Assembly: GCF_900539155.1 (NCBI RefSeq) | Contig: NZ_UQBE01000003.1 | Length of the DNA stretch: 64,000 nucleotides | DNA from: an uncultured Porphyromonas sp. | GTDB taxonomy: Bacteria > Bacteroidota > Bacteroidia > Bacteroidales > Porphyromonadaceae | Direction: 5' to 3' (one strand) | Part shown: one piece after another, positions 55,201 to 63,981 of the stretch | Layout of the letters: each line of letters opens with the position of its first letter | Numbering within the stretch: the first letter of the stretch is position 1 | The notes under the pieces: generated by a model | The model's database searches: none | Told to the model about the DNA's origin: nothing | Seen by the model: only the letters and a program-made list of their open reading frames with translations | Translations under genes and position numbers: made by a program

Positions 55201-55472
55201 TCCGGCATCGTAGCTGCGGTTGTAGCCGCGGTTGCTACTTCTGGTTTAGCCTTGGGAGTACTCTTGCTACGGAGGAACTTCTTCTTGGCTCTTCCTACAG
55301 TCTCCTCATCAAAGGTCGGCGTGAAGTCACGTAGGATCAGACTAAACTCATCCTCCGTGATGCGGGTGTTGGGGTTGTTGTCGACTTCTTTTCCCTTGTC
55401 GTGAAGGAAAGCGACAAGCGAATTGACTCCGATGTTGAGTTCTTTGGCTAGGCTAAACAGTTTTATGGACAT
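52290..55472 (-). CDS. infB: Translation initiation factor IF-2
   Basis: [13 protein letters not shown]-domain, a long low-complexity Lys/Pro/Thr/Ala N-terminal region, and a C-terminal beta-barrel. Confidence 0.95.
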   Translation of the reverse strand: MSIKLFSLAKELNIGVNSLVAFLHDKGKEVDNNPNTRITEDEFSLILRDFTPTFDEETVGRAKKKFLRSKSTPKAKPEVATAATTAATMPEQPVETEEPKAKSQGPDIPTTTSTSQLNVVGKIKLDKHNNPVSAATPQEPAKPTATKSEKPKSTATTKPKEAKKEEPAKAKASTTAEQTKTTTSEKETKQAPEVKETSETKPADTPRASAKSVTKDKEPAPVATKKPASRVAKEPASVATEEPKPATKEEPTASEAKPTTSAKKAEPVKAEPAPKASEQPVAEAKETTTAATTGQKTPAQAPQAKPAGEEKSSTTQENETEIFRIAKKEDEPQLKVVGKIDLSSFSTSRSRKSSKEKESSRRKRKRISSGAVDVKSEGAKIQDDRSNKKGGRAATSQRDDRGGRNERRTGRKSKRQEPVLTPEEQDELRAKQVKETLARLNNKQTVFGRAAKSRREKREARRAEFEREQELSTQDEKVLKLTEFVTVSDLANMMNVPVTDVISTCMSIDMMVSINQRLDAETINIVAEEFGYETEFVSANVVEAITADEEPDKPEDLEPRPPVITIMGHVDHGKTSLLDCIRRSDVTAGEAGGITQHIGAYNVTLSDGRRLTVLDTPGHEAFTAMRARGAQITDIVVIVIAANDAVMPQTIEALNHASAAGVPIIFAINKIDVNGANPDKIREQLAGMNYLVEDWGGKYQVQEISAKKNIGIPDLLEKVFLEAELLELKSNPHRRASGSVIESSLDKGKGYLASVLIQRGTLHIGDYILAGSYYGRVKAMYNEYNKRVDTAGLSTAVSILGFNGAPTAGDDFNVMESEQEARELAVKREQLQREQGLRTQKMLTLDDIGRRIAVGNFQQFNLIIKGDVDGSVQALANSLIELSTKEIQVSVIHQGVGQITESDIQLATASDAIIIGFQVRPSAQARKLAEQEGVEIRTYSVIYDAIEDVHDALEGMLSPDIREQVTGNLEVLQTFKVSKIGTIAGCMVTDGKIKRTDKVRVIRDGVVIHTGELESLKRFKDEAKEVVSGLECGINIKNYNNIEVGDIIESFEEIEVRRKL

Positions 55473-55542
55473 ATATTTCTCTATGATTGCTCGTCTACGG
55501 GTAGTTTCGTTTTAATCTCCTTGGGGATTGCTCCTCCTAGGT

Positions 55543-56946
55543 TTACTCCTCAGTCTGCTCCTGGTGAAGCTCTGAGAGTGTCTCGTCCTCTTTGAGGTCT
55601 TCGATGATGGCCTGAGCGATCTCCTTTTGGGTAGGTACGGGGCTCTTGAGCAGGTCGATGTTTTCCTGAGGCAACTGCATCTCCTCTAGCTCCTCTGGGT
55701 CAAACTCTGACGAGAGAATGCGTAGGACACGGTCGATGGTCTCTAGCTCTAGGTCGGTCCTCTTGAGTAGCTCCGTGCGTGAAGTCGTTAGGACGGCACG
55801 TGCCGTGTTAAGACCAATGTCTAGAAGCATCTTGATGACCCAGTCCTCAATCTCATCGCTAAACTCAGATAGGTAGATGTCCTCCTCCGTTGCATCGGCT
55901 GCATCTCGGAAGACTTCAATCTCGAAGCCCGTTAGGATGGAGGCTAGCTTGATATTGCTTGCGTTCTTACCGATGGCTAGAGGAACATCCTCTGGGCGTA
56001 GGTACACCTCCGCCTTGGCAGTGTCGGGATAGAGCTCGATGGTAGAAATTTTGGCGGGACTAAGGGCGCGCTGTATAAATAGGCTAGCATTGGATGTGTA
56101 GGTGAGGACGTCGATGTTCTCACCGTGGAGCTCTCGTACGATACCACGGATGCGACTTCCATTCATACCTACGCAGGAACCGACGGGGTCAATGCGATCG
56201 TCGTATGACTCGACGGCGATCTTGGCGCGAACGCCTGGGATGCGTGCTACACGCTTGATAGTGATAAGTCCATCGGCAATCTCAGGGACGTTGATCTCAA
56301 AGAGGCGCTTGAGGAACTCGGGGCTAGTGCGTGAGAGCGTGACTCGAGGGTTGTTGTTCTCGTTGTCGACACGTGCTATGACTGCATGTACGCTGTCACC
56401 CTTGCGAAAGTACTCATCGGGGATTTGCTCGCTCTTAGGCATGATGAGCTCGTTACCGTCCTCGTCGACGAGTAGAGTCTCACGCTTCCACACCTGGTAG
56501 ACCTCGGCGGTAATCATTTCTCCGACACGCTCTACGAAGGTTTGGTAGAAGTGCTCCTTCTGAAGGTCTAGTATCTTGCTCGACAGTGTCTGCTTTAGAT
56601 TGACGATAGCACGTCGACCGAATGAGAGGAAGTCCACGGAGTCGGTTACGTCGTCACCTATCTCAGCCTCGGGGTCTATCTCTCGAGCCTCCGTATAGGA
56701 AACCTGTTCGTTCTCTCGCTCGACGGCATCGTCTGCAACCACCTCGCGGGTGCGCCAGATCTCGAAGTCTCCACTATCTGCATTGATGATGACATCAAAG
56801 TTGTCATCAGAGCCAAACATCTTGGCGAGGATGCTACGAAATGAGTCCTCGAGGACATGGAGCATAGTCTCTTCGTCGATGTTCTTTAGGTCTTTGAACT
56901 CGGTGAGTAGAACCTTTAAGCTGGTTGATTCTTTCTTTCTAGCCAT
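55543..56946 (-). CDS. nusA: Transcription termination/antitermination factor NusA
   Basis: S1 and KH domains: ...VGSCVGMNGSRIRGIVREL... with an acidic C-terminus. Confidence 0.95.
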   Translation of the reverse strand: MARKKESTSLKVLLTEFKDLKNIDEETMLHVLEDSFRSILAKMFGSDDNFDVIINADSGDFEIWRTREVVADDAVERENEQVSYTEAREIDPEAEIGDDVTDSVDFLSFGRRAIVNLKQTLSSKILDLQKEHFYQTFVERVGEMITAEVYQVWKRETLLVDEDGNELIMPKSEQIPDEYFRKGDSVHAVIARVDNENNNPRVTLSRTSPEFLKRLFEINVPEIADGLITIKRVARIPGVRAKIAVESYDDRIDPVGSCVGMNGSRIRGIVRELHGENIDVLTYTSNASLFIQRALSPAKISTIELYPDTAKAEVYLRPEDVPLAIGKNASNIKLASILTGFEIEVFRDAADATEEDIYLSEFSDEIEDWVIKMLLDIGLNTARAVLTTSRTELLKRTDLELETIDRVLRILSSEFDPEELEEMQLPQENIDLLKSPVPTQKEIAQAIIEDLKEDETLSELHQEQTEE

Positions 56947-57012
56947 ATATGTATCTTGGGGGTCTCTTCTGTGGGACTAGTTGTCTTGTAATGTGATGGT
57001 GGATGGACTGAA

Positions 57013-57519
57013 TTAGAGTGCCTTGTCTAGGTCGTACGATATGCGCTTGAGCTGGTCGTAGTCGATGCGATGAGGCTCGATGATTTGTTGCTTCTTCTTT
57101 TTCTTGCCGTCGAGTAGTGTCTCCGTGCGCTCGGTCTCTAGAACCACGTACTCGGGGAGCAGGTTCTGCCCCTTGGGTCCTACCTCGATGAGCTTGCCGT
57201 GCCACTTCATACCTGAGGCATCGACAGCCTGTACGGGGGCCTCGAGGTGTCGTGTGTACTGCTCGTAGACCAGCCATGGGTCAGATAGACTAGGCGAGGA
57301 GACCTCTAGTGCGTAGTCCTCCTCTACATCTCGGTCGTGCAGCTGTGTGATAGCTCTGGATAGCTCTACGCAGCGAGATATGGGCAAGCCTCCCATAGCA
57401 TCGACCACTACTCGGATCTGATCCCCTGGGCTGCTGGTTATCTCGACGACGAATTCGTCTTCGTGGAGCATCTGCTCTATTTCTCTGCGGAGTGCTGCTA
57501 GCTCTATCATGCTGCTCAA
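57013..57519 (-). CDS. rimP: Ribosome maturation factor RimP
   Basis: 168 aa, upstream of nusA-infB in the conserved operon order. Confidence 0.85.
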   Translation of the reverse strand: MSSMIELAALRREIEQMLHEDEFVVEITSSPGDQIRVVVDAMGGLPISRCVELSRAITQLHDRDVEEDYALEVSSPSLSDPWLVYEQYTRHLEAPVQAVDASGMKWHGKLIEVGPKGQNLLPEYVVLETERTETLLDGKKKKKQQIIEPHRIDYDQLKRISYDLDKAL

Positions 57520-57835
57520 TACGTTACATACAAAAAAGGAGGGAACCGCTGGCGCATGGCTTCCTCCTCCACACCAAAGCTGAGAAGGCTACTCTTTATC
57601 GTAGAGCCTTGATACCTCAACTGGTTCATTGCGATGCAAAGATAGTAATATTTCTTCAGATGGCGTACCTCTCCGATACAATTATATATGTAGGGGTAGC
57701 TGTGGAGGAGCTGGGGACTGTAAGAAAAAGTATGAACCCCTCGACCTCATATCTCTAGATGATGTAGAGATAAGAGGTAGAGGGGCTGTGATGTTACGTA
57801 GCGTAGAGCTTAGCGGTAATGTGCTAAGAGAGTGC

Positions 57836-58093
57836 TTACTCTTGTGTCGCTACAGAGACGAAGCTACGGTCACCTCTCGTCTGAGAGAAGACGACTACTC
57901 CGTCCGTCAGTGCGTAGAGCGTGTGGTCCTTGCCCATACCCACGTTTTCACCGGGGTGGTGCTGTGTACCTCTCTGACGTACGATGATATTTCCAGCCTT
58001 GCAGGCTTCGCCTCCAAAGATCTTAACGCCTAGGCGTTTGCTTTCGGATTCGCGTCCGTTCTTGGAGCTTCCTACACCTTTCTTGTGTGCCAT
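57836..58093 (-). CDS. rpmA: 50S ribosomal protein L27
   Basis: [28 protein letters not shown]... Confidence 0.95.
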   Translation of the reverse strand: MAHKKGVGSSKNGRESESKRLGVKIFGGEACKAGNIIVRQRGTQHHPGENVGMGKDHTLYALTDGVVVFSQTRGDRSFVSVATQE

Positions 58094-58112
58094 GATTCCT
58101 TAGAGTTTGTGT

Positions 58113-58430
58113 TTATCCTACGATTTGCTTTACTAGTATCTCGGAGAACTGCTGGCGATGGCCTCTGAGCTTTCGATAGCCCTTCCTCCGATTCTTGTGG
58201 AAGATAAGTACCTTGTCTCCCTTGACGAGAGGAGATACTACCTCACATACTACCTGAGCACCCTCAATGGTTGGGGCGCCTACGGTGACAGCTCCGTCCT
58301 TGTCGAGGAGCATAACCCGGTCGAAGGTAACCTCTGCACCCTGTTCCGTCTCGCGGATGTGATGCACGAAGAGCTTGCGCCCCTCCTCTACCTTAAACTG
58401 CTGACCTTGGATTTCAACAATTGCGTACAT
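58113..58430 (-). CDS. rplU: 50S ribosomal protein L21
   Basis: [17 protein letters not shown]... Confidence 0.95.
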   Translation of the reverse strand: MYAIVEIQGQQFKVEEGRKLFVHHIRETEQGAEVTFDRVMLLDKDGAVTVGAPTIEGAQVVCEVVSPLVKGDKVLIFHKNRRKGYRKLRGHRQQFSEILVKQIVG

Positions 58431-58558
58431 TACGTTTGTCTATTACTATGATATATAGTCCCGTAGGGTGGCGATCATAGGGCGATGCGCGCTTGACTGA
58501 CCCTACTTAGGAGATGAGTCGACCGCAAAGGTACAAAAATATAGCGATACTGCAAGTG

Positions 58559-58630
58559 TACCCCCGCTGAGAATCGAACTCAGATCTAAAGTTTAGGAAA
58601 CTTCTATTCTATCCGTTGAACTACAGGGGC
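58559..58630 (-). tRNA. tRNA-Arg (anticodon CCU)
   Basis: Hand-folded reverse complement GCCCCTG-TA-GTTC-AACGGATA-GAAT-A-GAAGT-TTCCTAA-ACTTT-AGAT-CTGAG-TTCGATT-CTCAG-CGGGGGT-A. Seven-bp acceptor stem, U8, G18G19, U33, anticodon CCT, A37, TTCGATT T-loop, discriminator A. CCA is not encoded. Confidence 0.85.
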
Positions 58631-58693
58631 TCTCGCTCAGTATGGGGACAAAGGTACGGATTTTAATCGTACTAGCGTGCCTCTCCTGCTATA

Positions 58694-58770
58694 AGGCAGG
58701 GCTGACGCATTATAATTGCTCTGTCAGGAGCTACAGATAGCAATCAGCGAGGAGTAGATGAACTCATTAT
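58694..58770 (+). repeat. Family-G module, copy 3; its first 17 nt (cagggctgacgcattat) are the inverted repeat of 59127..59143
   Basis: cagggctgacgcattataattgctctgtcaggagctacagatagcaatcagcgaggagtag... Confidence 0.7.
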
Positions 58771-58797
58771 ATAATATAGTGTATCTAATGTATCAGC

Positions 58798-59093
58798 TCT
58801 GCCCTCTAATCTCTAACTCCTAACCTCTAATTAATGGGGAATTTCGTCCGATTTCCCCTCCTTTCTCGAATATCCACGTGGGAAATCTCAAATCTCCACG
58901 TGGATATTTTTTATTTTCCACGTGGGCGTCATTCATTTCCTCCGAAGTTTTATTTGATTCCTCCGAAGAATTTTTTCTTCCCCACGTGGAAAATAAAAAT
59001 TCTCCACGTGAAGATTTCGAAATATCCACGTGGAGAATCCGTTTCCCCCCCCGACATAGCACCGTATCGATATGTAGTCGGTCTAAATTATTG
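58798..59093 (+). repeat. CACGTG triple-hairpin element, copy D (full length; extra gggga..tcccc hairpin insert in leader)
   Basis: Leader gccctctaatctctaactcctaacctctaattaatggggaatttcgtccgatttcccctc, six CACGTG sites in three hairpin modules, then tail gaatccgtttcccccccgacatagcaccgtatcgatatgtagtcggtctaaattattgt. Confidence 0.85.
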
Positions 59094-59176
59094 TGAGACT
59101 GATGACTTTTGCAATAGTCTATATATAATGCGTCAGCCCTGTGCTATGAGGAGACTGTTGACTTTTGCAACAGTCT
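59094..59176. repeat. Two palindromic hairpin units (one degenerate) flanking the inverted family-G end ataatgcgtcagccctg
   Basis: gagactgatgacttttgcaatagtcta ... ataatgcgtcagccctg ... gagactgttgacttttgcaacagtctc. Confidence 0.75.
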
Positions 59177-59264
59177 CCCAGGAGGATTCTCTCTTTTTTC
59201 GTGAAGATGTCACCGACAGAGGCTTGGCTCTGTTTTGGCGAGTGGGGTAGTGTGTGACGCCCCC

Positions 59265-61046
59265 CTAGGCGATGAGTGACTCTAGCTGCTCTATCCAGCG
59301 AGGTAGGCTCGCACTGCTTTGCTGTGGTGCGTAGCGTGCTAGCTCGACCTCATCGAGGAGCGTGAGCCACGCCTGGACGGTCTGGCTGTCGACACCTTGC
59401 TGCGCTAGTTCACTGGCTATCTGCTGACGTGTCAAGTTGGCATTGGAGAGTGCGTAGCGCCACTGCAAGTACTGTCGCGCTGTGGCGTAGAGCTGTGTAG
59501 TGGCTTCTTGCGTCCTGCCCGACTGGAGGAGCTGACGCACCTCATGGAGCTGTCGCTCAGCCTCTGGGGTGGAGCGCTTGTGGTGGTAAGCCACATGGTC
59601 AGCGTGAAGTCGCTGTCTGCGACTGATAATCCAGTAGACGAGGGCTCCGCCGATGAGGATGAGCGGATAGAGTAGCCAATAGCCCCACCCTGCACGGCTC
59701 CAAGGGTGCCAGAGGCTTACGGGTGCAGGGCTGTCATATGGGTAGGGGTTGTAGCGTTGCTGCTCATTAGCTTCTCCTGCTTTGCCTACTTGTGGTACAT
59801 CGTTGGTTCCCTGCTCCACCTCTATGGTGATGGGTGTCGTGGTGGCTGTCTGATAGCCTCCACGGCTTGGGTCGAAGTAGGGTAGACGAACGGCTGGAAC
59901 TGTATGCTCTCCCGTGGCGTGCGGTATGATAGTGTACTCGTAGGTTCGGTGTACCTCTGTATTTCTTCCCTGAAGTTTCTGGTCGTCACGGATGAGTTGT
60001 GGCTCGTAGACTTCAAATTGGTCGGACAAGCCTAGCTCAGGGGCTAGGAGTAGGGAGACGTTGCCCCGCCCAGTGATGTCGAGTCGATAGGTCATAGCCC
60101 GCCCCGTCTCGTAGGTCGGGTTGGGTGCGGAGAGGGAGCCTTGGACGTGAAAGGAGCCGACCAACTGGTCAAACCCCTCGGGCGCTCCCTCAGGAAGAGC
60201 TCTTACGGTCAATTTCAACGGTTGCGAGCGGAGCTTCTTTTTAGTCACTGCTCTGCTCTTATTGCCAAAGAGCTCATCTTCGTTCTGTACTTTGCGGTCT
60301 GCAGCTACCTGAAAGTCGTACTCAAAGGCTGGAATGATTAGCTCGCCACTACGCTGTGGATAGGCAAGGATTTGCCAGACGAGGGCCTTACGCATGAGCC
60401 TGCCTCCCACCTGTTCGCTATCCCAGCTTACATTGCTCTGTAGGGGAATCTCCTTGGTGATGAAGTCGGTCACCTCGGGGGGCTTGCGGTTGACCCCAGC
60501 AACGTTTTTATAGAGGGAGTAGAGGTAGAGACTGATGAGGACTGGCTGCTGTAGATAGACCGACTGAGGGGAGACGACAGCGCGCAGGTACATGTCTCTG
60601 TCGGATATCTGGAGCGACTCACCTGGTGCGAGCAACTTCTGATCCGCACGTTGTGCCTTGGAAACGCGTATGTGCTGAGAGGGCGTTTGCAGTTTCTTCT
60701 GCTTAGTCTGTAGCTGTGCTGTACCGATGGTGTAGCTGCCCGCCTGGCTTGCCTGCAAGGTATAGACGATGGTTGTGTATTCCCTGGATACGCCTCCACG
60801 CATCTCATGTAGTACGTTGAGCTGTGGACCGTAGAGTACCTTGAGCTCTGGGGGAATCTGTGGTGCGGTAAAGGAGCTCATATCACAAGTCCCCGAGACA
60901 CGATAGAGTAGCTGGAAGGTCTCTCCTATAGAGACCTGTGAAGGAACGACTACGACAATCTGTGCTAAGCTGACAAGAGCTGTGGCACAGAGGAGCAGTA
61001 GCGTCAGGAGGGTGGGGCGTAGGGCCGAAGTGCGTGGGCGTAGCAT
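59265..61046 (-). CDS. batD: BatD-like aerotolerance-operon protein (signal peptide; C-terminal TM plus cytoplasmic tail)
   Basis: 593 aa. TM segment YWLLYPLILIGGALVYWII near the C-terminus. Sits last in the batA-batB-batC-batD order. Confidence 0.65.
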   Translation of the reverse strand: MLRPRTSALRPTLLTLLLLCATALVSLAQIVVVVPSQVSIGETFQLLYRVSGTCDMSSFTAPQIPPELKVLYGPQLNVLHEMRGGVSREYTTIVYTLQASQAGSYTIGTAQLQTKQKKLQTPSQHIRVSKAQRADQKLLAPGESLQISDRDMYLRAVVSPQSVYLQQPVLISLYLYSLYKNVAGVNRKPPEVTDFITKEIPLQSNVSWDSEQVGGRLMRKALVWQILAYPQRSGELIIPAFEYDFQVAADRKVQNEDELFGNKSRAVTKKKLRSQPLKLTVRALPEGAPEGFDQLVGSFHVQGSLSAPNPTYETGRAMTYRLDITGRGNVSLLLAPELGLSDQFEVYEPQLIRDDQKLQGRNTEVHRTYEYTIIPHATGEHTVPAVRLPYFDPSRGGYQTATTTPITIEVEQGTNDVPQVGKAGEANEQQRYNPYPYDSPAPVSLWHPWSRAGWGYWLLYPLILIGGALVYWIISRRQRLHADHVAYHHKRSTPEAERQLHEVRQLLQSGRTQEATTQLYATARQYLQWRYALSNANLTRQQIASELAQQGVDSQTVQAWLTLLDEVELARYAPQQSSASLPRWIEQLESLIA

Positions 61047-61705
61047 TACCAGTTCTTCTTGTTCTGATTCTTTTGCTGTGGCTGGCGCTGGTTGATGCGC
61101 TGGCGTGTGTGTTGCTCTTGCTGGCGGAGCGCATCGAGGATACGATCAGCTTGTGACTTGTCGAGGTCTGGCTCCTTACCTTGCGGCTGCTGGTCGGGTT
61201 GCTGGTCGGGAGGTGTCTGCGACGGATCGGACTGTGAGTCTCCACCACCGCCCCCGCCACCTTGCTGTGGGGGCTGCTTGTTGAGCTTGATCGCCAGGGC
61301 TAGGTTGTAGCGCGTCTCATCGTCGGTAGGGTTTCTACGGAGCGACTCTTTGTAAGCCTCGATTGCTTTGTCATACTGCTGCGTGTCCATACAGCGGTTG
61401 CCCAGGTTGTGCCAGGCTAAGGCTTGCAAGCGAGGATCAGCTTTGGCATCACTTGCTATGCGCTGCCACATCTGCACGGCAGCGACGGTGTCTCCTGACA
61501 TATAGAGTGCATCCCCTAGACCGAGTCGGGCGGGAGCGTAGGTCGAGTCACGAGCTACGGACGAGAGATAAGCGGCGCGTGCTGACGAGTAGTTGCTCCG
61601 ATTGTAGCTCTTGTTGCCCCGCCGTGCGTCTAGACGTACGGTCTGCCCAATGAGCGTCAGGCTAGAGAGCAAGAGTAAGACAATATATAGAAGCTTACGC
61701 ATCAT
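61046..61705 (-). CDS. batC: BatC-like TPR-repeat protein with Gly/Gln-rich C-terminus
   Basis: Start at MMRKLLYIVLLLLSSL. TPR repeats: ...ALAWHNLGNRCMDTQQYDKAIEAYKESLRRNP... Low-complexity GGGGGGGDSQSDPSQTPPDQQPDQQPQ. Confidence 0.6.
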   Translation of the reverse strand: MMRKLLYIVLLLLSSLTLIGQTVRLDARRGNKSYNRSNYSSARAAYLSSVARDSTYAPARLGLGDALYMSGDTVAAVQMWQRIASDAKADPRLQALAWHNLGNRCMDTQQYDKAIEAYKESLRRNPTDDETRYNLALAIKLNKQPPQQGGGGGGGDSQSDPSQTPPDQQPDQQPQGKEPDLDKSQADRILDALRQQEQHTRQRINQRQPQQKNQNKKNW

Positions 61706-62723
61706 GATGACCAAAGATTTGAATACGACTAAACAGGCGACTCTTGCGGCGCATGATTCCATTGGCGAGTAGGAGCAGGATGAGTGCTGCTAGTGTGGGT
61801 AGCGCATATAGCTCCTCAATCTGATCTCCCTCACCGCTCAGATTAGCTTGGGGTAATGTGCGGAGCTGGTTGATCAGCTGGTTGCTAATGGCACGGGGAC
61901 TGCTCCCGACGAAGCTCTGACCGCCCGTAGCGTTGGCAATATCTGCCGTAATTTCGGGGTTAGGCTTCGAGAGTACCGGCACGCCGAGCGAGTCGGTGAG
62001 GAGCGTTTCACCAAGGGGTATGTTGGCACCCTCGGGGAGTCCGATGGTTACGACGTAAGCCTTGATTCCCTGCTTCTTGAGTCGCTCGATGCCCTCCTCT
62101 AGTCCACCCTCGTGATCCTCGCCATCGGTGAGGAGGATGACCGCTTTGCCTGCTTGCGAGGGTGCTGAGAGTGCTTGTGCAGAGCGCTCGAGTGCTTGCC
62201 CTAGATTGGTGCCTTGGTTGGAAACCATCCCAGGCTGTATGTCTGCGAGGAAGGTCTGAGCCGTCGGCAAGTCGGGCGTCAGTGGCAGACGTATGTATGC
62301 GCCGCCGGCGAAGACGACCATAGCTATCCGTGAACCTGCTAGCTGCTGCATTGTATGGGTCACAATCTGCTTGGCAAAGCCGATGCGGTCGGGCTTGACG
62401 TCGCGTGCTGCCATTGAGTTGGAGACGTCTATGCAGAAGGCGAGGTCGACGCCTATCGACTGCTGTGCCGAGACGGGAGCATGGGTGTATAGTTGCGGAC
62501 GAGCCAGTGCTACGATGAGCAGAGCGATGGCAATAAGCTTGAGCGAAGCGCGCCACCAGTCCCGCTTGGTAGAGCGGTCGGGCATAATCTGCCGTAGCAT
62601 CTGAGGCGTGGCGAAGCGCAACTGCTGCTTGCGTCGCCGTCTCTGACCTGCAATCATAACAACCAGCAGGAGTGGCACAAGTAGCAGGAGCCACAGCAAG
62701 AGGGGATAGGCAAACTGTATCAT
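61695..62723 (-). CDS. batB: BatB-like von Willebrand factor A (VWA) domain membrane protein
   Basis: N-terminal TM. VWA MIDAS motif in LAFCIDVSNSM; 342 aa. Confidence 0.75.
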   Translation of the reverse strand: MIQFAYPLLLWLLLLVPLLLVVMIAGQRRRRKQQLRFATPQMLRQIMPDRSTKRDWWRASLKLIAIALLIVALARPQLYTHAPVSAQQSIGVDLAFCIDVSNSMAARDVKPDRIGFAKQIVTHTMQQLAGSRIAMVVFAGGAYIRLPLTPDLPTAQTFLADIQPGMVSNQGTNLGQALERSAQALSAPSQAGKAVILLTDGEDHEGGLEEGIERLKKQGIKAYVVTIGLPEGANIPLGETLLTDSLGVPVLSKPNPEITADIANATGGQSFVGSSPRAISNQLINQLRTLPQANLSGEGDQIEELYALPTLAALILLLLANGIMRRKSRLFSRIQIFGHHDA

Positions 62724-63700
62724 GGGTTAGCTCGCAGCAAGGTGGTTCGTAATAAGAAGGCGGCGCCAAGTAGCACGATAGCGAGCAAAGCAAAGAGCAT
62801 GTAGCGCTCTTCGTAGGCGCTCACCGAGCGAGAGGTGAGACGAGACTTCTCGAGGGAGTCGATTTCTTTGTAGATTTCGCTCAGCTTCGCCTCGTCGGTC
62901 GCACGGTAGTAGTTGCCCCCTGTCTGCTGGGCGATGTGCCGTAGCGTGCCCTCGTCAATCTGCACATCAGCTTCGACATACTCTACTCCAAAGGCAGTCT
63001 GCACGGGAAACTTTGCGACGCCATTGGTCCCAGCTGCCACCGTGTAGATACGTATGCCGTACTGCTGTGCCATCTCGGCTGCCATCGAGGGGGTAATGTC
63101 GCCGGCATTGTTTGACCCATCGGTCAGGAGGATGATCACTTTGCTCTTGTTGTCGCTACTACGGAGCGTGTTGATAGCTGTCGCTAGTCCTAGACCTATG
63201 GCGGTGCCGTCCTCCAGCTGTCCTATCTCGGTGGTTTCGAGCATCTCTAGGATTACGTTGTGGTCCACCGTCAGCGGACAGAGCGTAAAGCTCTCCCCAG
63301 CGAAAACCACCAGACCTATATTATCATTCGGACGTGCAGCGATCATCTCGCTCGCCACATCACGCGCTGCCTCAAAGCGGTTAGGCTTTAAGTCTAGTGC
63401 CTGCATACTGCCACTGAGGTCCATAGCGAGGACCAGGTCGATGCCTTGTATCGATCGCTCCTCCCAGTGATTGGAGTCTTGCGGGCGAGCTAGTGCTAAG
63501 ATTATCGCCGCCAGTGCCAGTAGCTCTAGGGTAAAAGGCAAAGCCCTCAGATAGCTTCGCCACCCGCTTCCCTTAGGCAAAAGGCGGTATGCCGAGAGCG
63601 AAAGCTGTGCTTGGTGACGCTTGTTGTAGCGAATGTAAAGTAGCACCAGCAGCGGTAGGAGTAGGAGCGCCCAGAACCACTCAGGATGAACCCATATCAT
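62720..63700 (-). CDS. batA: BatA-like VWA domain membrane protein
   Basis: N-terminal TM. DLVLAMDLSGSM MIDAS; 326 aa. 4-nt overlap with batB. Confidence 0.75.
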   Translation of the reverse strand: MIWVHPEWFWALLLLPLLVLLYIRYNKRHQAQLSLSAYRLLPKGSGWRSYLRALPFTLELLALAAIILALARPQDSNHWEERSIQGIDLVLAMDLSGSMQALDLKPNRFEAARDVASEMIAARPNDNIGLVVFAGESFTLCPLTVDHNVILEMLETTEIGQLEDGTAIGLGLATAINTLRSSDNKSKVIILLTDGSNNAGDITPSMAAEMAQQYGIRIYTVAAGTNGVAKFPVQTAFGVEYVEADVQIDEGTLRHIAQQTGGNYYRATDEAKLSEIYKEIDSLEKSRLTSRSVSAYEERYMLFALLAIVLLGAAFLLRTTLLRANP

Positions 63701-63981
63701 AGCGACTTACCCTCCTTTCTGCTAGCTAGTTGATGCACCACCTCGTAGATGGTCGTTGCGTCTTCGGCTTGCCACGCACGCTCCGCCCAAGTGTCGGCAA
63801 AGCGGACCCACTCTGAGTGGATCACCCACTGCGCTAGCGCACTCTGAGGCACTTTGTAGGGAGCCTTTTGGAGTAGCTGAGCTAGTTCGCGAGCGGTCAA
63901 TTCGTCTATCTCCAAGCCTAAGCCTTCGGTCAGATAGCTTCGCAAGGCGGTGATCAAGCCATCGTAGTAAGCTATCTGCAC
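63697..63981 (-). CDS. Hypothetical protein immediately upstream of batA (possibly the C-terminal part of a longer gene; window ends at 64000)
   Basis: ORF MQIAYYDGLITALRSYL...RKEGKSL ends in a 4-nt overlap with the batA start. Its position matches the small DUF protein between DUF58 and batA in Bacteroides Bat loci. Confidence 0.35.
   Translation of the reverse strand: MQIAYYDGLITALRSYLTEGLGLEIDELTARELAQLLQKAPYKVPQSALAQWVIHSEWVRFADTWAERAWQAEDATTIYEVVHQLASRKEGKSL

Noticed and set aside
54595-55404. 269-aa plus-strand ORF (and several others, 53274..54576, 54833..55114) inside infB on the opposite strand
   Set aside because: They are mirror images of the low-complexity Lys/Pro/Ala/Thr-rich N-terminal region of IF-2 and give Gly/Ser/Leu/Ala-rich nonsense. 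The infB frame is clearly the real one.
57520-57835. Possible small RNA or tRNA in the 316-bp rimP-rpmA intergenic region
   Set aside because: Only short hairpins (cgtct-gagaga-agacg, ggagg...cctcc) and a rimP -7 box were found. There is no cloverleaf and no recognisable RNA-family motif. Probably a leader or terminator region only.
57629-58033. 134-aa plus-strand ORF overlapping rpmA
   Set aside because: Antisense to an unmistakable L27 gene ([16 protein letters not shown]...).
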